A DNA stretch of 64,000 nt from Firmicutes bacterium UBA2598 (GCA_002339345.1 DDKM01000032.1:13259-77258), one strand, 5' to 3'. Positions 39,065 to 48,579 are shown, counted from the stretch's first letter. Notes: generated by a model not told the origin, from the letters alone. Made by a program: numbers and translations.

Positions 39065-39086
39065 AACCTATGCTAAGGAGGAGCTC

Positions 39087-40535
39087 ATGGCCTACAAAAA
39101 CCTACAGGAATTTATTCAAAAACTCGAACAGGCTGGAGAATTGGTCCGGATTTCCACCGAGGTGGATCCTGAACTGGAAATAACGGAGATTACCGACAGG
39201 ATCAGTAAACAGCATGGACCTGCATTATTGTTTGAAAAAGTTAAAGGCTCCACCATGCCTGTTCTGACCAATGCCTTCGGTAGTTATCGCCGGATGGCCA
39301 TGTCCCTTGGCGTCAACCAATTGGATGATGTGGCAGCGGATCTGGCAAACCTGCTGACCATCCCAGAAGTGCCAGCCGGAATTCTGGATAAATTGAAGGC
39401 ATTACCTAGGTTTGCGGAATTAGCTTCCTTTGCTCCTAAAAAGGTGAGGAGGGGGGCCTGCCAGGAAGTAGTGATCAAGGATAACCCAAGCCTGGACATT
39501 TTGCCTGTCCTAAAATGTTGGCCGGGTGACGGAGGCCGTTTCATTACACTTCCAATGGTGTTTACACGTGATCCTGTTACGGGCACCAGAAATGTGGGCA
39601 TGTACAGAATGCAAGTTTATGATAGTCGTACCACAGGTATGCACTGGCACCTGCAGAAGGATGGTGCTGAACACTACCGTAGTGCGGAATCCAAAGGACA
39701 GCGGATGGAGGTTGCGGTTGCTCTAGGGGATGATCCCGCCCTCACCTATGCTGCAACAGCCCCGCTGCCGAAAGGTATCGATGAGGTACTTTTTGCAGGA
39801 TTTTTACGCAAGTCGCCGGTTGAATTGGTCAAAGGAGTAACAGTCGATCTGGATGTACCCGCCAATGCGGAAATAATCTTGGAGGGTTATGTTGAGCCGG
39901 GTGAACGGAGACTAGAGGGGCCTTTCGGGGATCACACCGGTTACTACTCACTGGCGGACTATTATCCGGTCTTTCATGTCACCTGTATTACTCACAGGCA
40001 AAATCCCGTTTACCCGGCAACCATCGTGGGTAAGCCGCCAATGGAAGACTGTTACATGGGAAAAGCCACGGAGAGAATTTTTCTGCCTCTCCTAAAGATG
40101 CAGTTGCCGGAAATTGTAGATATTAACCTACCCTTGGAAGGGGTGTTTCACAACTGTGCCATTGTCTCCATCCGTAAGTCCTACCCCGGACATGCCAAAA
40201 AGGTGATGCATGCCCTATGGGGAATGGGACAAATGATGTTTACAAAACTGATTATCGTAGTTGATCATACCGTCGATGTACAGAATCTGTCGGAAGTGAT
40301 GTGGAAAGTTTTCAACAACATCGATGCCCGGAGGGATGTGGTGATGGTGGATGGTCCGCTGGATGCCTTAGACCATGCTTCTCCACTTCCACACCTTGGT
40401 ACAAAGATGGGTGTAGATGCTACAAAGAAATGGAAAGAAGAGGGCCACCCCAGGGAATGGCCGGATGATATAGTAATGTCCCCAGAAATAAAGGCACTGG
40501 TGGACAGGAAGTGGCGTGCGTATGGGTTTAAATAG
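39087..40535 (+). CDS. ubiD: UbiD-family (prenylated-FMN-dependent) decarboxylase, menaquinone-biosynthesis type
   Basis: LQEFIQKLEQAGELVRI N-terminus, GMYRMQV, and typical UbiD length of 482 aa. Confidence 0.88.
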   Translation: MAYKNLQEFIQKLEQAGELVRISTEVDPELEITEITDRISKQHGPALLFEKVKGSTMPVLTNAFGSYRRMAMSLGVNQLDDVAADLANLLTIPEVPAGILDKLKALPRFAELASFAPKKVRRGACQEVVIKDNPSLDILPVLKCWPGDGGRFITLPMVFTRDPVTGTRNVGMYRMQVYDSRTTGMHWHLQKDGAEHYRSAESKGQRMEVAVALGDDPALTYAATAPLPKGIDEVLFAGFLRKSPVELVKGVTVDLDVPANAEIILEGYVEPGERRLEGPFGDHTGYYSLADYYPVFHVTCITHRQNPVYPATIVGKPPMEDCYMGKATERIFLPLLKMQLPEIVDINLPLEGVFHNCAIVSIRKSYPGHAKKVMHALWGMGQMMFTKLIIVVDHTVDVQNLSEVMWKVFNNIDARRDVVMVDGPLDALDHASPLPHLGTKMGVDATKKWKEEGHPREWPDDIVMSPEIKALVDRKWRAYGFK

Positions 40536-41376
40536 GTTGAAGACTTTCCTGGAAATGATCAAAGTCGAGCACACCGTCTTTGCCTTGCCATTCGCCTATA
40601 TTGCTGCATTTGTGGCAGCCGAGGGGTTCCCCACCGCTGGACAACTTTTCTGGATTACCATGGCCATGGTCGGAGCAAGAACCGCTGCCATGTCCCTTAA
40701 CCGGTTAATTGACAGGCACATTGACGCCCTGAATCCCCGCACGTCAGGCAGGGCACTGCCCAAGGGCCTTCTTACGGTAAAGGAGGTGTTGATATATACC
40801 TTTTTGTCCTTCGGTTTGCTGTATTTGGCCGCAAGTATGCTTAATCCTTTATGTGTAAAACTGATGCCGATCGCCGTAGCAGTATTAACTATATATCCAT
40901 ACGTAAAAAGGTGGTCGTGGTCTTGCCACCTGGTCCTAGGGATGGCCGATGCCCTGGCACCCCTGGGCGCATGGGTGGCCCTCACAGGCTCCATCGATCT
41001 TCCCGGAGTGTTGTTAGGCCTAGCCATGGGATTTTGGGTGATAGGGTTCGATTTGATATATGCCTGTCAAGATTATGACTTCGACCGCCATCACGGGATT
41101 CATTCCATACCTGCCCGGTTTGGTTTGTCAGCTGCACTGGGATCTGCCAAGATTTTTCACCTGGTTTCAGTAATCGTGCTGGCCGTAGTTGGTGTTAGCA
41201 CTGGTCTTGGCCTATTTTATTGGTTGGGGCTGGTACTGGCTACCGCGTTGCTGGTCTATGAACATTCCCTTGTTAAGCCAACCGATTTATCAAAAATTAA
41301 TATAGCCTTTTTCAATGTAAACGGATATTTAAGTGTTTCACTTTTGGCCTTTACAATTTTGGATATTGTACTTTAA
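40516..41376 (+). CDS. ubiA: UbiA-family aromatic prenyltransferase (4-hydroxybenzoate/1,4-dihydroxy-6-naphthoate polyprenyltransferase-like)
   Basis: Polytopic membrane protein with NRLIDRHIDALNPRT (NxxxDxxxD) and a second Asp-rich motif DYDFDRHHG. The start is uncertain: GTG 40516 or ATG 40522. Confidence 0.88.
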   Translation: MRMGLNRLKTFLEMIKVEHTVFALPFAYIAAFVAAEGFPTAGQLFWITMAMVGARTAAMSLNRLIDRHIDALNPRTSGRALPKGLLTVKEVLIYTFLSFGLLYLAASMLNPLCVKLMPIAVAVLTIYPYVKRWSWSCHLVLGMADALAPLGAWVALTGSIDLPGVLLGLAMGFWVIGFDLIYACQDYDFDRHHGIHSIPARFGLSAALGSAKIFHLVSVIVLAVVGVSTGLGLFYWLGLVLATALLVYEHSLVKPTDLSKINIAFFNVNGYLSVSLLAFTILDIVL

Positions 41377-42030
41377 CACAAAATCGGCTGGAGGTTCTGC
41401 GGCATGCAAAATCCCTGTCCGGGTACCAAAATTATTTCGGTATGGGAATTTGTCCAATCACCTCTTGATTGGCATGTGATCCCTGAGAGGATTGGTTTAA
41501 CCGTTAACCCCTCGGCAGCTGGATGGTTGTTTAGCAGGATGAAGCCAGGAGAATTAGATGGGAAGAAGGTTAGACTGGCGGAAGGGAAGCACCCCGCAAA
41601 TCTTTTTGCAAGGGTACTGTTGAATAATTTTCATCAAGTCCATCCTCATTATATTGAACACCAAGTTGAACACCGCAGGGAAGAACCTGTTCAGGCTGAG
41701 GTTGGATTAAGTAGTTTGTAGGGGAATGGGCGTTCTGCGGACGGTTGGGTTGCCACAAGCTTGTTCCACGGTTGGCAAGCCCATACTGGACTACCATTGG
41801 TAGGATAGTTGTGGGTGGTTCCTGCAGGGAAGGTTTTACGGCCGCCTGTACCGGAACTGCGTGGGACAGTTGCTTGCCTACCCTACCAGCCAACAGCACA
41901 ATAATGAAAGGTGTGGAATGGACATCCTCAGATGAGCTAACTCATAAAGGGCTTTTACACCTATTGGCCCATACCCAGTTGTGTGGAACGGCCCCCTTGA
42001 AAGATACTCCTTCAGCTTTGGGCGGGGAAG

Positions 42031-42348
42031 TTACCACCCAATAACGGCCTTCAAGTTGCGTAGTTCCAGACGCCATATCTCAGAGCCTTTCCGGTTTCCT
42101 CGTTGGCATCTTTTCAGCAAAATGGGTGTGTGGAGGGGAAACCACCACAGAAACTCCCTATGTAGTTGTGCCGGGGCAAGCCAGCGATATACCGTATGAC
42201 TTCGGACATCCTTGAGATAGTAAACAAAACCCCTGACCTTTTCCACTGTAACTTCATCGATTTTAATATATTCTACCCGTTCCCTTTCATCTATTCCTGT
42301 TATTTCCATTAAATATGTTTTGTTGTAAATTGGGAAGAAAGCTTGCAT
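42031..42348 (-). CDS. Hypothetical protein (about 105 aa)
   Basis: This minus-strand ORF has its own good promoter (see 42387-42415) and an AAGGTGG SD. No family recognised. GTG 42360 is an alternative start. Confidence 0.45.
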   Translation of the reverse strand: MQAFFPIYNKTYLMEITGIDERERVEYIKIDEVTVEKVRGFVYYLKDVRSHTVYRWLAPAQLHREFLWWFPLHTPILLKRCQRGNRKGSEIWRLELRNLKAVIGW

Positions 42349-42386
42349 ATTCTCCGCCACCTTTTCGCAATTAACTCTTTAAATAC

Positions 42387-42415
42387 ATTATATAGAAACG
42401 CCTTTACAATAACAA
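42387..42415 (-). promoter_or_regulatory. SigA-type promoter (minus strand) of the hypothetical gene 42348-42031
   Basis: On the minus strand: TTGTTA (42415-42410), 17-nt spacer, TATAAT (42392-42387). Confidence 0.5.
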
Positions 42416-42471
42416 GATATATTGCCAGAACATTCATACAATATATCTGTTTGGTGGGGATGCATTGGATG

Positions 42472-42506
42472 TTGCATGATTATTCCTTGCCAAGGTATAA
42501 TCATGC
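42472..42506 (+). promoter_or_regulatory. Putative promoter (TTGCAT, 18 nt, TATAAT) embedded in a 33-bp near-perfect palindrome (candidate operator)
   Basis: GCATGATTAT-t-CCTTG-c-CAAGG-t-ATAATCATGC (42474-42506). The -10 TATAAT (42496-42501) lies inside the right arm. Confidence 0.45.
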
Positions 42507-42532
42507 AAAGAATGGGAGGGGGTAGGGTGGGT

Positions 42533-43051
42533 GTGTTTTTCCGCAAAGCGAAGATGTCTGATATTCCACAAATACACGCTTTAATTAACGGCTTTGCCAT
42601 GCAAGGTGTGATGTTAAGGCGTCCCTTAATGCTTTTATACGAAACGGTCAGGGATTTTGTAGTTTGTGAACGCGATGGCAAGATAGTTGGCACAGGTGCT
42701 CTCCATGTATTGTGGTCGGACCTGGCTGAAATTAGATCATTGGCGGTTTTGCCAACAGAACAAAATAAGGGGATTGGTCGGAAACTTGTTGGTTTCATGG
42801 TATCCGAGGCGAAGGAACTGGAGATCAGCAGACTGTTCGCCCTTACCTACCAGCAACGCTTTTTCGAAAACTGCGGATTTTTGCAGGTCGAAAAGGAAAG
42901 CTTACCACAGAAGGTTTGGAAAGAGTGTATCTACTGTGATAAATTTAATTGCTGTGACGAGGTGGCGGTGATTCGCCTTCTAAATGGAAAGATTGCCGAA
43001 AAGGAGATGGAGATCCCTTTGGTGGATATCCCATCTTGGAGGGTACGGTAG
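42533..43051 (+). CDS. GNAT-family N-acetyltransferase (amino-acid N-acetyltransferase-like)
   Basis: FFRKAKMSDIPQI..., LAVLPTEQNKGIGRKLV (GNAT motif A), and C-terminal F...GF. GTG 42533 was chosen about 10 nt after GGGAGGGGG. The ORF-track start at 42422 would include the promoter palindrome. Confidence 0.8.
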   Translation: MFFRKAKMSDIPQIHALINGFAMQGVMLRRPLMLLYETVRDFVVCERDGKIVGTGALHVLWSDLAEIRSLAVLPTEQNKGIGRKLVGFMVSEAKELEISRLFALTYQQRFFENCGFLQVEKESLPQKVWKECIYCDKFNCCDEVAVIRLLNGKIAEKEMEIPLVDIPSWRVR

Positions 43052-43060
43052 GGGGTTGCG

Positions 43061-44293
43061 ATGAGGGCAGAGGTTATCTTTACCGGTACTGAGCTGCTGT
43101 TGGGAGAAATCGTTAACACCAATGCTCAGCTTATAGGCCGCAGAATGGCTGAATGGGGAATCAACCTGTATTACCTCACCACGGTAGGCGATAATCGCGT
43201 CCGTCTGGTGGAATGTATTAAAAACGGGGTGCGCCGCTCAGATGCTATCTTCCTTGTGGGAGGCCTTGGCCCGACGGAAGATGATTTGACAAGGGAGAGT
43301 CTCGCGGAAGCCTTGGAACTTGAACTACGGATCGACCCGGCGGCTTTGCAGCAAGTGGAGCACTTTTTTACCGTACGGGGCCGTCAAATGCCACCAGAGA
43401 ACATCAAACAAGCAATGATGCCCACTGGAGCGAACATGATCCCAAATCCGATCGGAACAGCACCCGGCCTTTGCCTCACCCACGGAGGTTGTTTGTTTAT
43501 TGCTTTACCCGGACCACCTAATGAGTTTGAGTTGATGCTGGAGGAACAGGTGAGCCGAATTGTAGCTACAAGGGGAGAGGGAACCATTATTTCCCATACC
43601 CTGAAGGTATGCGGTATTGGCGAATCCCATCTGTGCCAGCTCATCTCCGATTTAATGCAGGGTGCCAACCCCACCCTTGCTCCAACCGCAAAAATCGGGG
43701 AGATACATCTCCGCATCACCGCCAAGTCGCCAAACAGGAATACCGCCCTTGCCATGATCGGTGATCTTGAAAAAAGGGTAATGGAGCGGGTTGGAAGGTA
43801 TGTTTTCGGGTGTAATGCGGAAACTTTAGAAGGGGTGGTCGGCAACTTGTTATCCGTACAGGGCAAAACACTGGCGGTGGCAGAGTCCTGTACCGGAGGG
43901 CTGCTAGCTCACCGTTTGACCAATGTTCCCGGCAGTTCGGCCTACCTCCAATTGGCTGTGGTGGCCTACCACAACAGGTGGAAAAAGGAATTGTTGGGTG
44001 TCCAGGAAGAAAATCTTACAACATATGGTGCAGTTAGTGCTGAAGTTGCCAGGGATATGGCGGAGGGGATTCGGGATAAAGCCGGCTGTGACATTGGTAT
44101 AGGAATTACAGGCATTGCAGGGCCAGGGGGAGGAAGTGACGAAAAACCTGTGGGGCTTGTACACTACGGTATTGCGGGACGAAATTGGTACCTTGGACGC
44201 CATGAGGTATTTTGGGGCAGTAGGGAGGAGATCAAATACCGTGCTACCCAGGCGGTTTTGGCTTTATTATGGCAAAAGTTGCGGGAGAATTAG
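43061..44293 (+). CDS. cinA: Competence/damage-inducible protein CinA (MoCF-binding domain plus NMN amidohydrolase PncC domain)
   Basis: MRAEVIFTGTELLLGEIVNTNA, GGLGPTEDDLT, and C-terminal AESCTGGLLA...GITGIAGPGGG. Confidence 0.92.
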   Translation: MRAEVIFTGTELLLGEIVNTNAQLIGRRMAEWGINLYYLTTVGDNRVRLVECIKNGVRRSDAIFLVGGLGPTEDDLTRESLAEALELELRIDPAALQQVEHFFTVRGRQMPPENIKQAMMPTGANMIPNPIGTAPGLCLTHGGCLFIALPGPPNEFELMLEEQVSRIVATRGEGTIISHTLKVCGIGESHLCQLISDLMQGANPTLAPTAKIGEIHLRITAKSPNRNTALAMIGDLEKRVMERVGRYVFGCNAETLEGVVGNLLSVQGKTLAVAESCTGGLLAHRLTNVPGSSAYLQLAVVAYHNRWKKELLGVQEENLTTYGAVSAEVARDMAEGIRDKAGCDIGIGITGIAGPGGGSDEKPVGLVHYGIAGRNWYLGRHEVFWGSREEIKYRATQAVLALLWQKLREN

Positions 44294-45120
44294 AGCTTGA
44301 GGGTATACATGTTGTCTCCCACCGGCTGAAACCCAGACTTAACCCACAGGTTACGCACACTTGACTTTGAGGTAAGGTTAATCTGTTTCAGATTATGCTC
44401 CTTTGCCCAATTAGTAACAGCTTCGATGACAGAGCGGGCGTATCCCTTTCCTCGGAGGTGTTCCGGTATATAGAGGAGAACGATGGTCAAGGTGTGTTCC
44501 TTAATCGATAATGTTAAAGAAAAGGGATCCGGTTGCCCGGAACTGTATTCAAAATTGAGAATATAATGATCAAGTTTATTAAAGGAAGAAAACTTGATGG
44601 GCGTGGCAAAAATTCTTTCCAGGCCCATCTTTAGGGTGCCAATCTCTAGGCGCTCAAATGCATGCATGGTATCAAACCATTCATCACGGCCGGTAAGCAC
44701 TTTTTTTAGAGTATAAAACTGTAGTCCAATATAAACCAATGCGACTGCCACTCCGGCTGGGAGGTACAATCCTGCGCCAATGGCCAGGCCCAGTGCACTG
44801 GTAACCCAAAGGGTGGTAGCAGTGGTCAATCCTCTAACCCATGAACCTTCCCGCCAAATAGTGCCCGCCCCAATAAATCCCATCCCGGTAACCACCTGGG
44901 CAGCTAGCCTTGCTGGATCCTTTTGGCCTTCGAAAGTTGTAAAACCGTAGATGGATACGATCATGAATAAGGCTGAGGCGAGACAAACCAGAGCATGGGT
45001 CCTGGAGCCTGCTGGCTTTTGCTGGTAGGTGCGCTCATACCCTACTACACCCCCGGCGGCAAAAGCCAGTACCAGGCGCAGTGCTATAACCAGTTGGGTA
45101 TTCCAATCCAACTCCGTCAC
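44290..45120 (-). CDS. MgtC/SapB-family membrane protein fused to a C-terminal GNAT-like acetyltransferase domain
   Basis: The N-terminal ~140 aa carry LVLAFAAGGVVGYER....KPAG.RTH.LVCL..ALF and GMGFIGAGTI, the MgtC core. The C-terminal ~120 aa carry LLYIPEHLRGKGYARSVIEAV..WAKEHNL..I.L....S..N.W.KSGF, which is a GNAT motif A/B pattern. Confidence 0.7.
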   Translation of the reverse strand: MTELDWNTQLVIALRLVLAFAAGGVVGYERTYQQKPAGSRTHALVCLASALFMIVSIYGFTTFEGQKDPARLAAQVVTGMGFIGAGTIWREGSWVRGLTTATTLWVTSALGLAIGAGLYLPAGVAVALVYIGLQFYTLKKVLTGRDEWFDTMHAFERLEIGTLKMGLERIFATPIKFSSFNKLDHYILNFEYSSGQPDPFSLTLSIKEHTLTIVLLYIPEHLRGKGYARSVIEAVTNWAKEHNLKQINLTSKSSVRNLWVKSGFQPVGDNMYTLKL

Positions 45121-45192
45121 CTCCAGGGTAAAACACCTATGATGTCACATTATGCTGATGATTCTACAAGGTGAGCAATAAATCCTTGTAAC

Positions 45193-45219
45193 AAAAAAAT
45201 GGCCGGTCCAATGGACCGG
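45193..45219 (-). terminator. Rho-independent terminator (minus strand) after the zinc-ribbon mini-gene
   Basis: Minus strand reads CCGGUCC-AUU-GGACCGG then CCAUUUUUUU. Confidence 0.65.
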
Positions 45220-45237
45220 AACATGGGAGAAATAGTA

Positions 45238-45378
45238 TTATAATTTGCCTTGAAACAGTTCTCCGTCCTTTATTAGGACAAATTCTACATAGCAATACGG
45301 GCAGGTGATCCGATCTCCACTTTGAGCATTCAGGGCTAAATGAACTTCATTAACACAGACTGGACATTTAACTTTCAT
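45238..45378 (-). CDS. Small zinc-ribbon protein (46 aa, CPVC...CPYC); not in the ORF track (<60 aa)
   Basis: My own translation is MKVKCPVCVNEVHLALNAQSGDRITCPYCYVEFVLIKDGELFQGKL. A GGGGGA SD lies 9 nt upstream and a terminator lies downstream. Confidence 0.6.
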   Translation of the reverse strand: MKVKCPVCVNEVHLALNAQSGDRITCPYCYVEFVLIKDGELFQGKL

Positions 45379-45503
45379 TACCTATATCCCCCTTTCTTTT
45401 ACGCAAATAATTGTACACGATAAAAGGATGCTATGAAAGCTATTGTAAAGGTTTACGATTACTGCGAATATGGTATAATTAGCAAAAAGAGGTAAGGGGG
45501 GGG

Positions 45504-46196
45504 ATGTACTTGAAAATAACCTTTCATGGCCATGCTTGTTTTGAGTTGGAGAGCAGCGGGCACAGGATCATTATTGATCCATGGCTGACCGGTAACCCAT
45601 TGGCCAAGGCTAAGCCCGAGGGCATTTCGCCGGAAGCTATTTTAGTAAGTCATGGCCACTGGGATCACCTTGGCGATGCGGTTGCCATTGCCACTAAATC
45701 CGGCGCAACCATAATAGGAGTAGCTGAACTGTGTCACTACTGCCAAGGGCTTGGAGCCAAAACACATTCCATGCATATTGGTGGTTCTTTTCGTTTTCCC
45801 TTTGGGAAGGTCAAGTTAACGCCGGCATTACATGGCTCCGCCGTGATGGGGGATGATGGTGCCCGTTATACTGGGAACCCCTGCGGGTTTATTATTGAAA
45901 TGGGGGGCAAGACCGTTTACCATGCCGGCGACACAGGTTTGTTTGGTGATATGCAACTGATTGGTAAACAATTCTCCCTTGATGTAGCACTCCTCCCCAT
46001 CGGCGATAATTTTGTGATGGGGCCAGAGGATGCTGCAGTTGCCGTGGAAATGTTGAGACCCAAGATGGTAGTGCCGATGCACTACAACACCTTTGATGTG
46101 ATCAGGCAGGACCCCGAAACTTTCCGGAAGGCTGTCAAGACCAGAGGTCTAACCCAAGTGGTAGTCCTGGAACCAGGGGGTAGTTACAGCATTTAG
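45504..46196 (+). CDS. Metallo-beta-lactamase-fold hydrolase (UPF0173 family)
   Basis: KITFHGHACFEL, ILVSHGHWDHLGD (HxHxDH-type motif), PMHYNTF. Confidence 0.85.
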   Translation: MYLKITFHGHACFELESSGHRIIIDPWLTGNPLAKAKPEGISPEAILVSHGHWDHLGDAVAIATKSGATIIGVAELCHYCQGLGAKTHSMHIGGSFRFPFGKVKLTPALHGSAVMGDDGARYTGNPCGFIIEMGGKTVYHAGDTGLFGDMQLIGKQFSLDVALLPIGDNFVMGPEDAAVAVEMLRPKMVVPMHYNTFDVIRQDPETFRKAVKTRGLTQVVVLEPGGSYSI

Positions 46197-46417
46197 AAGT
46201 TTTTTTTAAAACTAAGAACATGGACAATCCAAGGTGAGGGCTGGTAAAATAACTTAGGAACCAGCTCTCTTCTATCTTTTAGAAGGATATATGCTGATTA
46301 TTTGCAACAATTAGGATTTTCAGGCTTATCAGGGGGTGAGTGATAGAAATCAATAATGGTTTCCCATGCCATACTAATTTTTTGTACATGTAAAAGGCGA
46401 CAGGGGGGAAATGGTTT

Positions 46418-48133
46418 ATGGAGACGAGAACACACGATCTCATAATCATGGGTTCAGGCCTTGCGGGATTACGTGCCGCTGTTGAAGCCGCCCGTGTAAG
46501 CGGTGGAAAGTTGGATATCGCTATTCTGGCCAAAACGCAACTGATGCGGGCACATTCTGTATGCGCTGAAGGTGGTACGGGGGCGGTGATGCGGCCGGAG
46601 GAAGGAGACAGTCTCGAACTGCATGCTTGGGACACCGTCAAGGGCAGCGACTTCCTGGCCGATCAAGATGCCGTCGATCTGTTTGTCCGGTCAATGCCTG
46701 AAGAAATCCTGCAGCTAGACCACTGGGGCATCCCCTGGTCCAGGCGTGAGGACGGTTTGATTAACCAGCGCCCCTTTGGTGGACATAGTTTTCCCAGGGC
46801 TGTTTTTGCCGCCGATAAAACCGGCTTTTTTGAAATGCAAGCCTTGTATGATACCCTGCAGAAGTATGCTCAAGTAATACGTTATGATGAATGGTTAGCC
46901 ACCTCACTGCTTGTGGAAAATGGCCAATATAAAGGTTTCACAGCCATTGAACTAGGTTCCGGCCGGTTTACATCCTTCCGGTCCAAGGCTTTAATTATCG
47001 CCACAGGCGGTGCATGCCGCATTTACGGTTTTACAACATACTCCCATACCGTAACCGGGGATGGAATGGCCATGGCTTACAGGGCAGGTTTGCCGTTAAA
47101 GGACATGGAGTTTGTCCAGTTTCATCCAACGGGCCTGGTTCCCTCGGGAATCCTGATCACCGAGGCGGCAAGGGGTGAAGGTGGATACCTGATCAATAAT
47201 CAGGGCGAGAGATTCATGTCCAAATATGCCGAGAAAATGATGGAACTGGCTCCACGAGACATTGTATCCCGTTCTGCCATGATTGAAATTGAAGCTGGAC
47301 GTGGATTTAGCGATCCAAGAGGGCTGGATTATGTTCACTGCGACCTTCGTCACTTAGGAGCCCATCGCATTAACGAACGACTGCCCTTGATCCGGGAAGT
47401 GGCGATAAAATTTAACGGTATTGACCCCATCGACAATCCAATTCCGGTGAGGCCTGTAGCCCATTATTCCATGGGAGGTATCCATGTAAATACCGAGGGA
47501 GCCACACCTATAGAAGGTATCTGGGTGGCAGGGGAGGCAGCCTGTGTTTCTGTTCATGGGGCCAACAGATTAGGAACCAATTCCACGGCAGAATGTTTGG
47601 TTTGGGGTAAAATAACAGGCGCCAAGGCGGCCCTTTTTGCTATGCAGAGTAAAGGTATGCCTGAACTGCCCATGGAACTTGCCAGGGCTGAGGAAAACCG
47701 GGTTATGCATGAATTGTTCGCCCGGTCCGGTAGTGAAAGCCTGTATCAAATCCGACAGGAATTACGGGACATTATGGATAACAATGTCGGAGTGTTCCGG
47801 ACGGAACAGGGGTTACAACAAGCGTTGGTCAAGGTCCGTGAATTGAAGGCACGGTATCAACATGCAGGACTACAGGATAAGGGTACCGTCTATAATACTG
47901 ACTTAATCACAGCCCTGGAACTGGAAAACATGCTGGACCTTTCCCTGTCCATCGTGGAAGGGGCGCTTGTAAGACAGGAGTCCAGGGGCGGACACGCGAG
48001 ACGTGACTTCCCCAACAGGGACGACCAAAACTGGCTCAAACACACCCTTGCATATTACACACCACAAGGTCCCAAACTTGATTACATTCCGGTCCGGATT
48101 ACCAACTGGAACCCGGTAGAAAGAAAGTATTAG
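46418..48133 (+). CDS. sdhA: Succinate dehydrogenase / fumarate reductase flavoprotein subunit
   Basis: HDLIIMGSGLAGLRAA FAD motif, RAHSVCAEGG (covalent-FAD His), HPTG, HYSMGG and RGGHAR. Confidence 0.95.
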   Translation: METRTHDLIIMGSGLAGLRAAVEAARVSGGKLDIAILAKTQLMRAHSVCAEGGTGAVMRPEEGDSLELHAWDTVKGSDFLADQDAVDLFVRSMPEEILQLDHWGIPWSRREDGLINQRPFGGHSFPRAVFAADKTGFFEMQALYDTLQKYAQVIRYDEWLATSLLVENGQYKGFTAIELGSGRFTSFRSKALIIATGGACRIYGFTTYSHTVTGDGMAMAYRAGLPLKDMEFVQFHPTGLVPSGILITEAARGEGGYLINNQGERFMSKYAEKMMELAPRDIVSRSAMIEIEAGRGFSDPRGLDYVHCDLRHLGAHRINERLPLIREVAIKFNGIDPIDNPIPVRPVAHYSMGGIHVNTEGATPIEGIWVAGEAACVSVHGANRLGTNSTAECLVWGKITGAKAALFAMQSKGMPELPMELARAEENRVMHELFARSGSESLYQIRQELRDIMDNNVGVFRTEQGLQQALVKVRELKARYQHAGLQDKGTVYNTDLITALELENMLDLSLSIVEGALVRQESRGGHARRDFPNRDDQNWLKHTLAYYTPQGPKLDYIPVRITNWNPVERKY

Positions 48134-48144
48134 GGGGTGTCTCC

Positions 48145-48579
48145 ATGCAGGCGAACAAACACCTGGACAACCGTCTGGGCCTCCGCGGCTGGATAAGGGC
48201 TGGCCGTTACCGTTTCGAGCGTTATCTATATATCCTGCACAGGATTTCCGGTTTGTCGCTGCTGGCCTACCTGTTAATGCACATCTATGTAACAGGAGCC
48301 AGGATTTATGGCGCCGATGCGTGGAATACCACCATGGGTTCGGTAACCGGCCCGGTTTTTACAATGTTGGAATTCTTGGTGATGGCCGCTTTTGTCTTCC
48401 ATGGGTTGAACGGCATCAGGTTGGTTTTGATTGAACTTGGTATAGGCATCGGACGCCCTATGCGCCAGGAATATCCCTATGTGAACTCCAATGACAAACA
48501 GCGGACAATGATGTGGATCTTGATGGTTCTGGTAGTAATCATCCTTGTAATCAGCGCCCTGGATTTCTTTGTGTTGTAA
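48145..48579 (+). CDS. sdhC: Succinate dehydrogenase/fumarate reductase membrane anchor, cytochrome b subunit (SdhC-like)
   Basis: 144 aa with three predicted TM helices and conserved His contexts (LHRISG, FHGLNGIR). It sits within the sdh cluster. Confidence 0.75.
   Translation: MQANKHLDNRLGLRGWIRAGRYRFERYLYILHRISGLSLLAYLLMHIYVTGARIYGADAWNTTMGSVTGPVFTMLEFLVMAAFVFHGLNGIRLVLIELGIGIGRPMRQEYPYVNSNDKQRTMMWILMVLVVIILVISALDFFVL

Noticed and set aside
41404-42044. Plus-strand ORFs 41404-41721 (105 aa) and 41745-42044 (99 aa) as real genes downstream of ubiA.
   Set aside because: There is no SD in front of either ATG and no recognisable motifs. They overlap equally long minus-strand ORFs. The region is kept as unassigned rather than called as CDS.
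45238-45378. LysW / amino-group carrier protein identity for the 46-aa zinc-ribbon ORF.
   Set aside because: LysW-type carriers end in an acidic EDWGE-like tail used for substrate attachment. This peptide ends ...GELFQGKL, and no lysX/argX-type genes are adjacent.
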